Source: a phage
Assembly (NCBI GenBank): GCA_025677605.1
Contig: GCA_025677605.1_4110.1
DNA: 64,000 bases
Strand: one strand, 5' to 3'
The notes beneath the pieces are model-generated. The model was not told where the DNA came from. It did no database searches and saw only the letters and a program-made list of their open reading frames with translations. The position numbers and the translations under genes are program-made. This document shows positions 39,287 to 47,460 of this stretch, piece by piece. The stretch's first letter is position 1, and every line of letters begins with the position of its first letter.

Positions 39287-39469
39287 TTATTTTTTGGAAA
39301 GTTTACGCATTAATTCTACGCTTTCTTGTGAACGTTTTGCTACCTGGCAATCTGCATGGGCAGTAAACATTTTTGTATAGTCTGACGCTTTGCCACCGAA
39401 CCGAGCGGCACGTTCACGGGCACTTGGAACTAATACAATTTCTTTCTTACAGATAGTGCACTTAGCCAT
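39287..39469 (-). CDS. small Cys-rich protein (possible zinc ribbon)
   Basis: 60 aa; MAKCTICKK...HADCQ; paralog of 45392..45535. Confidence 0.5.
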   Translation of the reverse strand: MAKCTICKKEIVLVPSARERAARFGGKASDYTKMFTAHADCQVAKRSQESVELMRKLSKK

Positions 39470-39556
39470 TTTTATTTCTCTCTTTTAGTTAGGAGGGGAA
39501 CCATTCCCCTCACTTGATGTAAACTATTATACAGTACTAAGATACTTTGTCAATAC

Positions 39557-39832
39557 TTAAGTATTGTAAATGTCGTGAATAGTGATAAAGTTTTTACGAC
39601 CGTAAACCTGTAAATCAGTATCAATGTAGTGCTTATCAAGTACATCCTCGACGCTTAACGCGGTGTCGTGAATATCTTCATAGAATTGAGGATCTACAAT
39701 CTTGCTTAAGTCATCCGGCGTTAACTTATCGTTAAGCCATTGAACCGCCTGGATATCTGCTTCACGTTTCCAGTCTTGCAGGTTAGTAGTCAGTACTTGC
39801 TCGATTTCGTTAGCTGTCAGTAGAATCCGCAT
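39557..39832 (-). CDS. hypothetical protein
   Basis: 91 aa; ATG 39830-39832. Confidence 0.5.
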   Translation of the reverse strand: MRILLTANEIEQVLTTNLQDWKREADIQAVQWLNDKLTPDDLSKIVDPQFYEDIHDTALSVEDVLDKHYIDTDLQVYGRKNFITIHDIYNT

Positions 39833-39864
39833 TTTATGTTTCCTTATCAGTAGTTGATGTAAGT

Positions 39865-39892
39865 ATTATACTCGTTTACTTTCTATTGTCAA
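39865..39892 (-). promoter_or_regulatory. sigma70-like promoter (proximal, P2)
   Basis: minus strand TTGACA, 16 nt spacer, TATAAT. Confidence 0.5.
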
Positions 39893-39900
39893 ACTATTTT

Positions 39901-39972
39901 ATCAGGGGAGTTTTTCGTATGTCTTACTCCTGGACTACTTAACGGGGTTACTTGTTTCATTCCCCGTCCTGA
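39901..39972 (-). other. conserved three-stem structured RNA element (leader or small RNA), copy A
   Basis: outer stem ATCAGG/CCTGAT enclosing hairpins GGAGT/ACTCC and ACGGGG/CCCCGT; near-identical copy at 49947-50021. Confidence 0.5.
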
Positions 39973-39980
39973 TGTAAAAC

Positions 39981-40008
39981 ATTATACTTGATTCTAAGTA
40001 CAATGCAA
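39981..40008 (-). promoter_or_regulatory. sigma70-like promoter (distal, P1) reading into structured element
   Basis: minus strand TTGCAT, 16 nt spacer, TATAAT. Confidence 0.5.
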
Positions 40009-40054
40009 GTACTTTTTTAAAAATAGTTTTCAGTACTAGCCACCAGCAAACAAT

Positions 40055-40095
40055 AGATACATTTATGCACCCGGTGGGCTAGTTTTTGTCTATGC
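40055..40095 (-). repeat. conserved noncoding element, copy 3
   Basis: atgcacccggtgggctag; hairpin 40107-40136. Confidence 0.45.
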
Positions 40096-40147
40096 ATATA
40101 TAATAGCAAAGGGACTGACCGGAGTCAATCCCTTTTTTCAATTTATT

Positions 40148-40297
40148 TTATGCCTCGCGAGGGTTGCGATATGTGATAGCGTTCGGGTACATTTGTTTTA
40201 AGTTATTCCACGCCTGGTTAACACTGTATCCGCTGGACCGTATCAGTTGATGCATACCTTTACCCAAAAACGTAACTTCGAAAATGTATTCTTTCAT
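40148..40297 (-). CDS. hypothetical small protein (below ORF-track cutoff)
   Basis: 49 aa MKEYIFEVTFLGKGMHQ...; ATGA overlap with upstream ORF. Confidence 0.35.
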   Translation of the reverse strand: MKEYIFEVTFLGKGMHQLIRSSGYSVNQAWNNLKQMYPNAITYRNPREA

Positions 40298-40467
40298 GCT
40301 ACGGCCCCCTTGTCGGCTTTACCTTTACGCCAGGACGTTACTAATTGTTCGCGTTGCCATAAGTCGAGTGATACAAAAAGTTTTGCGGTATCACCCTTCG
40401 GATATTCGCCAGTAGTACCCATCCGATAAAACAAATCTTTCAGTACTGACAATTCTACATGGATCAT
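40294..40467 (-). CDS. hypothetical small protein (below ORF-track cutoff)
   Basis: 57 aa MIHVELSVLKDLFYR...; RBS aggag 9 nt upstream. Confidence 0.4.
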   Translation of the reverse strand: MIHVELSVLKDLFYRMGTTGEYPKGDTAKLFVSLDLWQREQLVTSWRKGKADKGAVA

Positions 40468-40468
40468 T

Positions 40469-40558
40469 TTAGATAACTCCTGCTTTGCTTAAGTAAACTA
40501 ATACGGCCTGTACTGCCATAATGATTGCAATTACTACTATGAACGGATTCATGTGCAT
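40469..40558 (-). CDS. possible hydrophobic mini-peptide
   Basis: 29 aa MHMNPFIVVIAIIMAVQAVLVYL...; single predicted helix. Confidence 0.25.
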   Translation of the reverse strand: MHMNPFIVVIAIIMAVQAVLVYLSKAGVI

Positions 40559-40645
40559 AACTGTTACCCTTATATGGTGGGGAGAAAACTTCTCCCCTTG
40601 ATGTAATTAATTATACAGTACTGTGATACTTTGTCAAATACTTTT

Positions 40646-40858
40646 TTAATCTTTCAGCCAATGATCTTGGATGAATTTTTCACCGAAGCCTTGCTGCATG
40701 GATTGTAACAGGCGTTCACGGTGTGCGGCGGCAAACTGCTCAGTACTATGCGTTACACCTGGTTGATATCTGGATTCACCATTGGGGGCGATGTATTGTA
40801 CATCCCACGGTTTAGCGTTAGTATCAGACCATTTACGAACGATTAGTTGACCTTGCAT
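40646..40858 (-). CDS. hypothetical small protein
   Basis: start moved to MQGQLIVRKW (ATG 40856-40858); ORF-track extension is the reverse of the 5' hairpin. Confidence 0.5.
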   Translation of the reverse strand: MQGQLIVRKWSDTNAKPWDVQYIAPNGESRYQPGVTHSTEQFAAAHRERLLQSMQQGFGEKFIQDHWLKD

Positions 40859-40944
40859 TTTTCTTTCCTCAGTACTGGGGAGAATCATTTCTCCCCTTCA
40901 TGTAACTTATTATACAGTACTATAATCTATTGTCTAGTACTTTT

Positions 40945-41139
40945 TTAAAGTTTATGTATCAGTTCTTTATCTAAGCGATAGCGTACATTATTAATAGTAA
41001 CGGCATTGTTTTTAATGCTACGCTGTACAGGTCCACCAGCAATAACAAACGTTGCCTTATTACCCCGAACAATGATAGCACTTCCTGGATTGCCGTATTC
41101 ATCTTGTACTAAAATACTTGATAAGTTTTCCATTTTCAT
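40945..41139 (-). CDS. hypothetical small protein
   Basis: 64 aa; RBS aagaggaa. Confidence 0.5.
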   Translation of the reverse strand: MKMENLSSILVQDEYGNPGSAIIVRGNKATFVIAGGPVQRSIKNNAVTINNVRYRLDKELIHKL

Positions 41140-41293
41140 TTCCTCTTAGTAGGGGAAGATGTTTCCCCTTCATGTAAAACATTATACACTATCTTTCAGT
41201 ACTGTCAATTACTTTTTAGTACTTATTTAAACGCTCTCAATCGCATTCTAACGAGCTAATCTATTTTGTAGTACTATCGGATAGGTATATACT

Positions 41294-41323
41294 AAAAAGC
41301 CCACCAGCGTTAACCAGTGGGCT
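41294..41323 (-). terminator. rho-independent terminator
   Basis: AGCCCAC...GTGGGCT hairpin followed by T-run on minus strand. Confidence 0.5.
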
Positions 41324-41329
41324 ATAATC

Positions 41330-41473
41330 TTACATCTTGCGGATAATCTTAACAGTATCTTTCACCGATTTACCGTCTTGCTGGCATTGTTCGATCATTG
41401 CGTATTGTTCTGCGGTCAGATCTTCGCCAGTTTTTGCCAGTACTGCTTCGATGAATGAATCCAGTGCGATCAT
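41330..41473 (-). CDS. hypothetical small protein (below ORF-track cutoff)
   Basis: 47 aa MIALDSFIEAVLAKTGEDL... Confidence 0.35.
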   Translation of the reverse strand: MIALDSFIEAVLAKTGEDLTAEQYAMIEQCQQDGKSVKDTVKIIRKM

Positions 41474-41572
41474 TTTGTTTCTCTCTTAGGTTAAGTTAAC
41501 TACTGTTTATAAAACTTATTATACAGTACTATCAAACTATGTCAATATCTTTAATAGTACTGGTAATATATT

Positions 41573-41752
41573 TTAGCGGTAGTCGTCGTATGCTTTATTC
41601 ACCTGGCGAATGTAACTTTCAAAGGCTTCGTCTACCGTTTCATACTCCCGAACATAATCACCATAGGAAACTACATACATCCCTTTTTGATCTTCAAACG
41701 TCATGATGATAGAATCCAGGCCGATGATTTCAGTTTTTGCGATGATAGCCAT
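41573..41752 (-). CDS. hypothetical small protein (MAII family)
   Basis: start moved to MAIIAKTEII with RBS aaggaa; paralog of 45097..45309 with the same promoter sequence upstream. Confidence 0.5.
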   Translation of the reverse strand: MAIIAKTEIIGLDSIIMTFEDQKGMYVVSYGDYVREYETVDEAFESYIRQVNKAYDDYR

Positions 41753-41834
41753 TTTTAATTCCTTAGTAGTGTAGTTGATAAAATCTATTATGCCAGTACT
41801 ATCAATCTTTGTCAATAGTACTGTGATAATATTT

Positions 41835-42047
41835 TTAATCGATAATGGTTAATGTAAAGTTATAATCACCGCATCGATATAGCACGTTATTCCCAAATGT
41901 TCCAACCAATCGCACATCACACAAAACGCCAGTTTTTTCTTTTACTTCCTTGATACTTGTAACTCCTGTAATATCTTTATTAAAGTATTCATGGTCTGAA
42001 AATAAAACTTGTTTTGCATTTTTCAATTTCGACCGGATATTAGCCAT
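41835..42047 (-). CDS. hypothetical small protein
   Basis: 70 aa; ATG 42045-42047. Confidence 0.5.
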   Translation of the reverse strand: MANIRSKLKNAKQVLFSDHEYFNKDITGVTSIKEVKEKTGVLCDVRLVGTFGNNVLYRCGDYNFTLTIID

Positions 42048-42142
42048 TTTGTTTTCTCTCTCTGTTAGTGGGGAGAACTATTCTCCCCTTGATGTAAACT
42101 ATTATACAGTACTATAATCTATTGTCAAACTATTTTTTAATA

Positions 42143-42484
42143 TTATTCGAAATCTTCTGGACCGGACTGATAATCATCTTCACCGTATGCACTTTCTAAC
42201 TTCTCGCCAGTGCAATCATCAGTTAGTGAGTCATCCTCATAGTTCACGTCTACGCCCGTGATGTAAAACTGGCTATCGTATGGATCATTGAAATTAATTT
42301 TCTGAATGTTTACAATAACTGTATTGATGCCCAGGACACCGCCATCAGCCGTTACAAAGTACTGATAGTTTTCACATCCACCACTATTGAAACCGTAATT
42401 GATTTCGGCCCGACCATCATTTAAACGCAGTGCCTGAGCGATGAATTCGTTTTCAAAGTTAGATTGAGCAATTGCAATAGTCAT
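42143..42484 (-). CDS. hypothetical acidic protein
   Basis: 113 aa; ATG 42482-42484. Confidence 0.5.
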   Translation of the reverse strand: MTIAIAQSNFENEFIAQALRLNDGRAEINYGFNSGGCENYQYFVTADGGVLGINTVIVNIQKINFNDPYDSQFYITGVDVNYEDDSLTDDCTGEKLESAYGEDDYQSGPEDFE

Positions 42485-42583
42485 GATTCGTTTCCTTATT
42501 ACCAGGGGAAACGGTTTCCCCTTGCTATGTAAAACATTATACTTGATTCTAAGTACAATGCAAGTACTTTTTGCAAAATACTT

Positions 42584-42766
42584 TTAATCCCTTTGATACT
42601 CACATAACGCCATATCATACGCAATTGACGCTGATTTGAAATCATCGTGTCGCTCAATCTCTTTCATGTCAACATAGATGATCCATAGGTTTACGTCTTC
42701 CTGGCGTATGATAACGGCAGGTTTACCGATGATATGTGATGCCGCTAGTTCGATTGGATTAAACAT
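42584..42766 (-). CDS. hypothetical small protein
   Basis: 60 aa; RBS aaggag. Confidence 0.5.
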   Translation of the reverse strand: MFNPIELAASHIIGKPAVIIRQEDVNLWIIYVDMKEIERHDDFKSASIAYDMALCEYQRD

Positions 42767-42799
42767 TGTAGTACTCCTTATTAGATTGATATATTTTAT

Positions 42800-42840
42800 T
42801 TACACTTCCGCACCCTGTGGGCTAGTGAGCTATCTCTCAA
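42800..42840 (-). repeat. conserved noncoding element, copy 4
   Basis: ccgcaccctgtgggctag; hairpin 42859-42886. Confidence 0.45.
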
Positions 42841-43108
42841 TGAATATATAATAGCAAAATGGCTGACCGAAGTCAACCACTTTTTTCATTTATTTTTAGC
42901 TTTTAGAATCGCCGCTTTTCGCGTCATGCCTTGCTTGATGTACTCCTTTACTTTCGCTTTACGTGCTTTCGCTTTATCTGCTTTCGTTTTAGGAGTACTG
43001 TAAATTAAACCGTTAGGATTCATTTAAATCACCATAAAGAATAGATAGGTTACTAACAATGCCGCGATCAATGCACCGATCACCGCCGAACTGTAATAAG
43101 CCAATGAT

Positions 43109-43261
43109 TTCATTTTTTAGCCTGGAAGTAATGTTTAATTTGTGCGGCGGTCAATGCACAATTACGCAGGAAGTTTTCTGTATAACTGCGACGAGTACTG
43201 AAAGAAAATTGACCTTTGCCGTTGCCGATAGTAACATCAAACCGAGCATTATATTGTTTCA
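43109..43261 (-). CDS. hypothetical small protein (below ORF-track cutoff)
   Basis: 50 aa MKQYNARFDVTIGNGKGQF...; followed by two further mini-ORFs 43023..43112 and 42885..43022. Confidence 0.3.
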
Positions 43262-43575
43262 TTTTGATTCTCCTAGTATCAGGGGAGAACCATTTCCCCC
43301 CCCTCTATGTAAAACATTATACAGTACTAAAAACTAATTGCAAGTACTATTTTTTAGATTTACGCAAACTTTCTACCATCTCAGGAGTAAGGCCCGGCGG
43401 GTAGGAAACCACTTCATCAACGAAACGTAAAGGGAATACCCCAGCGAAAGGTGAACATGCTTTCTTAGTATTACTCTTTTTTGATGCTTTCATTTCATAT
43501 TCCTTAATTAGTGGGAAGTACTATTTCTCCCCTTCATGTAAAACATTATACAGTACTAAAAACTAATTGCAAGTA

Positions 43576-43818
43576 TTATTTTAAACTTTGTGCGACTAAT
43601 TTCGCACGGTCAATCATATACTGCCATTTTTTGATCTCTTCTGGTAGAAAACGATATTCACCAATAACAATAGTGATACACTTTTCAGCCTGGTCAATGT
43701 ATGTAGTGTCAATCTCGACTTGAACGGGTACACGTTCGCCGTAATCAGTGCCAGGGATAATACAATCATTATCATAAGTAACAGTAGTAGCAGTGTCTTT
43801 GATTAAAATTGTTTCCAT
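43576..43818 (-). CDS. hypothetical small protein
   Basis: 80 aa; ATG 43816-43818. Confidence 0.5.
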   Translation of the reverse strand: METILIKDTATTVTYDNDCIIPGTDYGERVPVQVEIDTTYIDQAEKCITIVIGEYRFLPEEIKKWQYMIDRAKLVAQSLK

Positions 43819-43888
43819 TATACTTTCCTCGTTAGGTGTAAGGGGAAAAAGTTTCCCCTCTATGTAAACAATTATACAGTACTGAAAA

Positions 43889-44098
43889 CTAATTGCAAGT
43901 ATTATTTTCTAAAAAATGATTGTATGCTGCATCAACCACTCTTTCGATAACATACGCCAACGGCACGTATCCAACTACATGACTACAATAGAAAGGACTA
44001 CGATTAGAATCATCGTATGCAAATACTTTACCAGGTACGGCATCAATCACATACATATTAACCTTTAAGATGTCGATCTTATCCTGTACAGTAAGCAT
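43889..44098 (-). CDS. hypothetical small protein
   Basis: start moved to MLTVQDK (ATG 44096-44098). Confidence 0.45.
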   Translation of the reverse strand: MLTVQDKIDILKVNMYVIDAVPGKVFAYDDSNRSPFYCSHVVGYVPLAYVIERVVDAAYNHFLENNTCN

Positions 44099-44099
44099 A

Positions 44100-44270
44100 T
44101 TACGCCGCCTTATCAGTACTAGCAACCGGACGGATACGGGCCATCGCCTGGGCTTGTTCTACGCTGTATTGTTCGTATAGTCTGCATTCTTCCGGTGTAG
44201 GAATAGCATCAATACGTTTCATTGGTTTAATGATGCTTTCAACTTCATTCAGTACTTGATTAACGTTCAT
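44100..44270 (-). CDS. hypothetical small protein (below ORF-track cutoff)
   Basis: 56 aa MNVNQVLNEVESIIKP... Confidence 0.35.
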   Translation of the reverse strand: MNVNQVLNEVESIIKPMKRIDAIPTPEECRLYEQYSVEQAQAMARIRPVASTDKAA

Positions 44271-44321
44271 GGTATTATCCTCAATATTAGCGGCCTAAAT
44301 CAACCGCTAACGATGTTTTGA

Positions 44322-44591
44322 TTAATAGGTGTATGGTTGACGCTCAAACAATGAATAGACGTTATACGCCCCGCTAATGGGCTTCGCTGGCAAATCAATT
44401 TTATATTGTTCACGCTTAAAGATAATAAAACGGCAATTGTTTTTTACATCAAAATTGATTGAACGTTCCAGGAGTTTTCCATCGTGTACAAATACAAGAT
44501 AACCGCTTGGTACTTGTTTTGTAGTACTGGTTGCAACCATAGACCGACGAACATGCGTACCTGCATCGATTAAAGTACTGATATTTTTCAT
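44322..44591 (-). CDS. hypothetical protein
   Basis: 89 aa; ATG 44589-44591. Confidence 0.5.
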   Translation of the reverse strand: MKNISTLIDAGTHVRRSMVATSTTKQVPSGYLVFVHDGKLLERSINFDVKNNCRFIIFKREQYKIDLPAKPISGAYNVYSLFERQPYTY

Positions 44592-44671
44592 TATACTATC
44601 CTCTTAAGTTAATTTAATTTCTTTCCCCTATGCAGACACTATATCAAAGTATCTGCATAAAGTAAAGCTAA

Positions 44672-45016
44672 TTAAAGATCTTTTTTGCGTTTAACATCAG
44701 TTACCGAACTGTAAACAGTGATATTATTGTCACGGCAAAAACGGGAAAGATAAGAACCGCGTAAAAACTCTTTACCTTCCATATCAATAACCTTGCTAAA
44801 TTCATCCATTGCTACGGTGTCAAAGTGATCCCCGTATCCATATTGGAACGGCACGTTTACTACTTCAATAAAATTACCATCAATTTCTACGTCTACACTT
44901 AAAGAGAAATAAGTGTTACCATATGAAGCCTGGAACCAACGCCGAGCGGCAATATGTACAACTTCAACAGAAGACAGGTTGATATTTTGTGCTGTGATAG
45001 TGTTGATGTTAGCCAT
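44672..45016 (-). CDS. hypothetical protein (paralog of 38875..39198)
   Basis: 114 aa; ...YGYG...DVKRKKDL. Confidence 0.55.
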   Translation of the reverse strand: MANINTITAQNINLSSVEVVHIAARRWFQASYGNTYFSLSVDVEIDGNFIEVVNVPFQYGYGDHFDTVAMDEFSKVIDMEGKEFLRGSYLSRFCRDNNITVYSSVTDVKRKKDL

Positions 45017-45096
45017 TTTTAGTTTCCTCAGTTGTTTTGATAAAATCTATTATGCCAGTACTATCAATCTATGTCAATAGTACTGTGATAATAATT

Positions 45097-45309
45097 TTAC
45101 TTACTTTCTTTCGATGCTTTATGTTGTGCAACTGCCATTACTACATCAGCACGAACAAAGTTTTTAACCGTGTCAGTGTAATAATTGATTGCATCGTCTA
45201 TATCTGCGAACGTCCGATACATACCGCACCAAGATACTTTATAACCTGCTTTCACTTGTTCCAGCTTAACCAGTGATTTGTTTACTTTGATTTTAGTAAT
45301 GATAGCCAT
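45097..45309 (-). CDS. hypothetical small protein (MAII family)
   Basis: 70 aa MAIITKIKV... Confidence 0.5.
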   Translation of the reverse strand: MAIITKIKVNKSLVKLEQVKAGYKVSWCGMYRTFADIDDAINYYTDTVKNFVRADVVMAVAQHKASKESK

Positions 45310-45391
45310 TTTTTGTTTCCTCTTAGTTGTCTTGATAAAATCTATTATGCCAGTACTATCAAACTATGTCAATAGTACTGTGATAATATTT

Positions 45392-45535
45392 TTACTTACT
45401 TTTTGCTTTCTTTGCTGCTTCCACCTGGTCGGCCCACTCTTTACCCCATACTTGAGCATTATAGTGATACTGACAAAGAGCAACGCCCCGCTTCAAACCA
45501 GTAATAGATTTTTTACCACATTGACAAGTTTTCAT
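45392..45535 (-). CDS. small Cys-rich protein (possible zinc ribbon; below ORF-track cutoff)
   Basis: 47 aa MKTCQCGKKSITGLKRGVALCQYH...; paralog of 39287..39469. Confidence 0.4.
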   Translation of the reverse strand: MKTCQCGKKSITGLKRGVALCQYHYNAQVWGKEWADQVEAAKKAKSK

Positions 45536-45622
45536 TTTAGTTTCCTCTTAGTGGGGAGAACCATTTTCTCCCCTTGATGTAATGTATTATACTTTATCTG
45601 ATTTACTTTGCAAGTACTTTTT

Positions 45623-45850
45623 TTAATTTAATTCATCCAGGCAAAGGATACGCTCAACGCCCAAATCAGTTAAACTAATAGACGGCACTTGATAGGTTTC
45701 AACGTATTCTACACTCGCCCACTGACCGAACTCATTCACCGCCCAGGTATTCATTGCAAAATGTAATTCCGCACCTTTCTTATTAGTAATTACAGCAACA
45801 GTAGAAGAATTGCCAGTAGTACCAGATACGCGAGTGATTACGATAGCCAT
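45623..45850 (-). CDS. hypothetical small protein
   Basis: 75 aa; ATG 45848-45850. Confidence 0.5.
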   Translation of the reverse strand: MAIVITRVSGTTGNSSTVAVITNKKGAELHFAMNTWAVNEFGQWASVEYVETYQVPSISLTDLGVERILCLDELN

Positions 45851-45920
45851 TGTTTTGATTCCTATTCAGTAGTTGATGTATGTATTATCGCAGTACTTAA
45901 AACTATTGTCAAACTATTTT

Positions 45921-46073
45921 TTAAAGTTTATCAATGATTGATGCCGTTTCATTGATAGTCTTGCCGTGTTTTGCACACGCGATAACTGCTTTAAATTCCT
46001 TTGATGACCAATCTTTTTTACTGCATACTGACATTACTTGTAAAGTGAAACAATCCAGTTCATAAGTATTCAT
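45921..46073 (-). CDS. hypothetical small protein (below ORF-track cutoff)
   Basis: 50 aa MNTYELDCFTLQVMSVCSKK... Confidence 0.3.
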   Translation of the reverse strand: MNTYELDCFTLQVMSVCSKKDWSSKEFKAVIACAKHGKTINETASIIDKL

Positions 46074-46253
46074 CTTTATATCCTCAGTTAGTTAAGGTGT
46101 CTCGCCTTGATGAAATTAATTATACGCTAATCTCTTAATCGTGCAAGTACTTTTTATTAGTTTTTGCAAAATACTTTAAACGCCCGCAATCGCATTCTAA
46201 CGACCTTAACGCCACCAGCTAGGGCGATGCATCAGATAATCAGTTTAATGCGT

Positions 46254-46267
46254 TAGAATCGATTCTA
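46254..46267. promoter_or_regulatory. perfect 14-bp palindrome TAGAATCGATTCTA (candidate operator)
   Basis: seen directly; half-site ATCGCATTCTAACG recurs at about 41236 and 51443. Confidence 0.4.
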
Positions 46268-46299
46268 GGCGGTGCTGGGGGCATGGTAAACGATAAACA

Positions 46300-46327
46300 C
46301 AAAAAAGCCCACTGTTTAAGGTGGGCT
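46300..46327 (-). terminator. rho-independent terminator
   Basis: AGCCCAC-tgtttaag-GTGGGCT with T-run on minus strand, just downstream of the 46349 stop. Confidence 0.55.
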
Positions 46328-46348
46328 AGTGATTCAGTACTTTAATTG

Positions 46349-46831
46349 TTATGCTTCAACTTTGCGATGAGCTTCGATCCATTCCTCGCGAGTCAATCCG
46401 CTTTCTTTGATAGCATCCAGTACTACGGCAATGCAGTTACCGCGTACTGGTACAGTGTATTCCTCGCCATTATCCAGAACTACCGGCACGCGTTCCTGAA
46501 TCCATTTTTTAGCTTTTACTTCTGGCTTGTCTTCCCCGTATTTCGCTGCCAGGGCTTTACGTGCCATTTCGGTTACTACTTCCAGATCAAGCCCAGCGAC
46601 GGCGGCGTTAATATCTTCAATCGTTTTCTGCAATTCAGCTTCGCGTGCTGCCTTCTCAGCTTCAAGTGCCGCCGCTTTATTAGCTTGTAGTTCTTTCGCT
46701 TCGCTGTACGCAATGTTAAAATTGTTGCGTACTGCTTTCATGGTATCGCTATCCAGTTCAGCCAGGATCTCAGCCGCTACGTTAGTTTCATTTGCTACCA
46801 GTGCTTTGATGAATGATTTTACATTAGCCAT
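46349..46831 (-). CDS. hypothetical Ala/Glu-rich protein (locally higher GC)
   Basis: start at MANVKSF (ATG 46829-46831) behind RBS gaggaa; coiled-coil-like AAALEAEKAAREAELQK. Confidence 0.55.
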   Translation of the reverse strand: MANVKSFIKALVANETNVAAEILAELDSDTMKAVRNNFNIAYSEAKELQANKAAALEAEKAAREAELQKTIEDINAAVAGLDLEVVTEMARKALAAKYGEDKPEVKAKKWIQERVPVVLDNGEEYTVPVRGNCIAVVLDAIKESGLTREEWIEAHRKVEA

Positions 46832-46884
46832 TATATAATTCCTCAATTAAAGTTTAGTTTACGTTTATTAGTGTATCAAAGTTT

Positions 46885-46948
46885 TCTTGACGTGTCCAGT
46901 TTTTCGTTCGACTTACTGGCGGTCTACTTAGTGTTCCCCGTCTTGATG
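46885..46948 (-). other. structured RNA element, diverged copy C
   Basis: CCAGT/ACTGG hairpin and CCCCGTCTTGATG tail; promoter TTGACA, 16 nt spacer, TAGAAT at 46955-46982. Confidence 0.35.
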
Positions 46949-47030
46949 TAATACATTCTACGCTTTTCTTCGGTAATGTCAACTACTTTTTTAAAACTAT
47001 TTTCAAAGTATCTCAGTACTACACCACTAC

Positions 47031-47058
47031 AAAAAAAGCCCACTGTTTAAGGTGGGCT
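47031..47058 (-). terminator. rho-independent terminator
   Basis: same AGCCCAC...GTGGGCT hairpin as 46300-46327. Confidence 0.55.
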
Positions 47059-47075
47059 ATTGATTCAGTACTAGA

Positions 47076-47375
47076 TTATAAACAGTTAATTACTCCTGTG
47101 TGCGTTACTTTCTCAGTATCCATAACCGTGACCGAACCGCGTTTTTTCTTCGCATCATAATAAATTGTTGTGCTACCTTTCGCATCTTCTTCATGGAACG
47201 GGCCATTTTTAAATGCTTCTGGCTGTAATTCCAGATCCTTTAAAACAATCTCGCCAGTACTTTCATCGGTCATTGCTACGGTGCACTGAATGAATTTATC
47301 ACCAGGTACATCTAACGACGCATTAACAGCGAAAGAGGAAACAGATAAAGCCAGGGCGATGATTGCTACTTTCAT
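47076..47375 (-). CDS. putative secreted/periplasmic small protein
   Basis: 99 aa; signal peptide MKVAIIALALSVSSFAVNAS. Confidence 0.55.
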   Translation of the reverse strand: MKVAIIALALSVSSFAVNASLDVPGDKFIQCTVAMTDESTGEIVLKDLELQPEAFKNGPFHEEDAKGSTTIYYDAKKKRGSVTVMDTEKVTHTGVINCL

Positions 47376-47460
47376 TTGATTATCCTTAGTTACCAGGGGA
47401 ACCGTTCCCCCCCTTGCTATGTAAAATATTATACAGTACTAAAAACTAATTGCAAGTACT

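Noticed and set aside
39901-39972. Hammerhead-ribozyme-like CUGAUG box next to the three-stem element
   Set aside because: The CTGATG sequence is part of the conserved promoter -10 / transcription-start region on the opposite strand and is present in all simple cassettes; core hammerhead elements are not in the right arrangement.
45037-45577. Plus-strand ORFs 45037..45276 and 45278..45577 with similar N-termini (MIKSIMPVLS...)
   Set aside because: They are translations of the repeated minus-strand promoter and terminator cassettes (ttgataaaatctattatgccagtactatcaa); the similarity is DNA-repeat driven and there is no RBS.
46180-46290. Possible tRNA suggested by GTTAGAATCGATTC resembling a T-arm
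   Set aside because: The sequence is a perfect 14-bp DNA palindrome without an acceptor stem, D-arm or anticodon arm around it; no canonical GGTTCGAATCC T-loop was found in any noncoding region.
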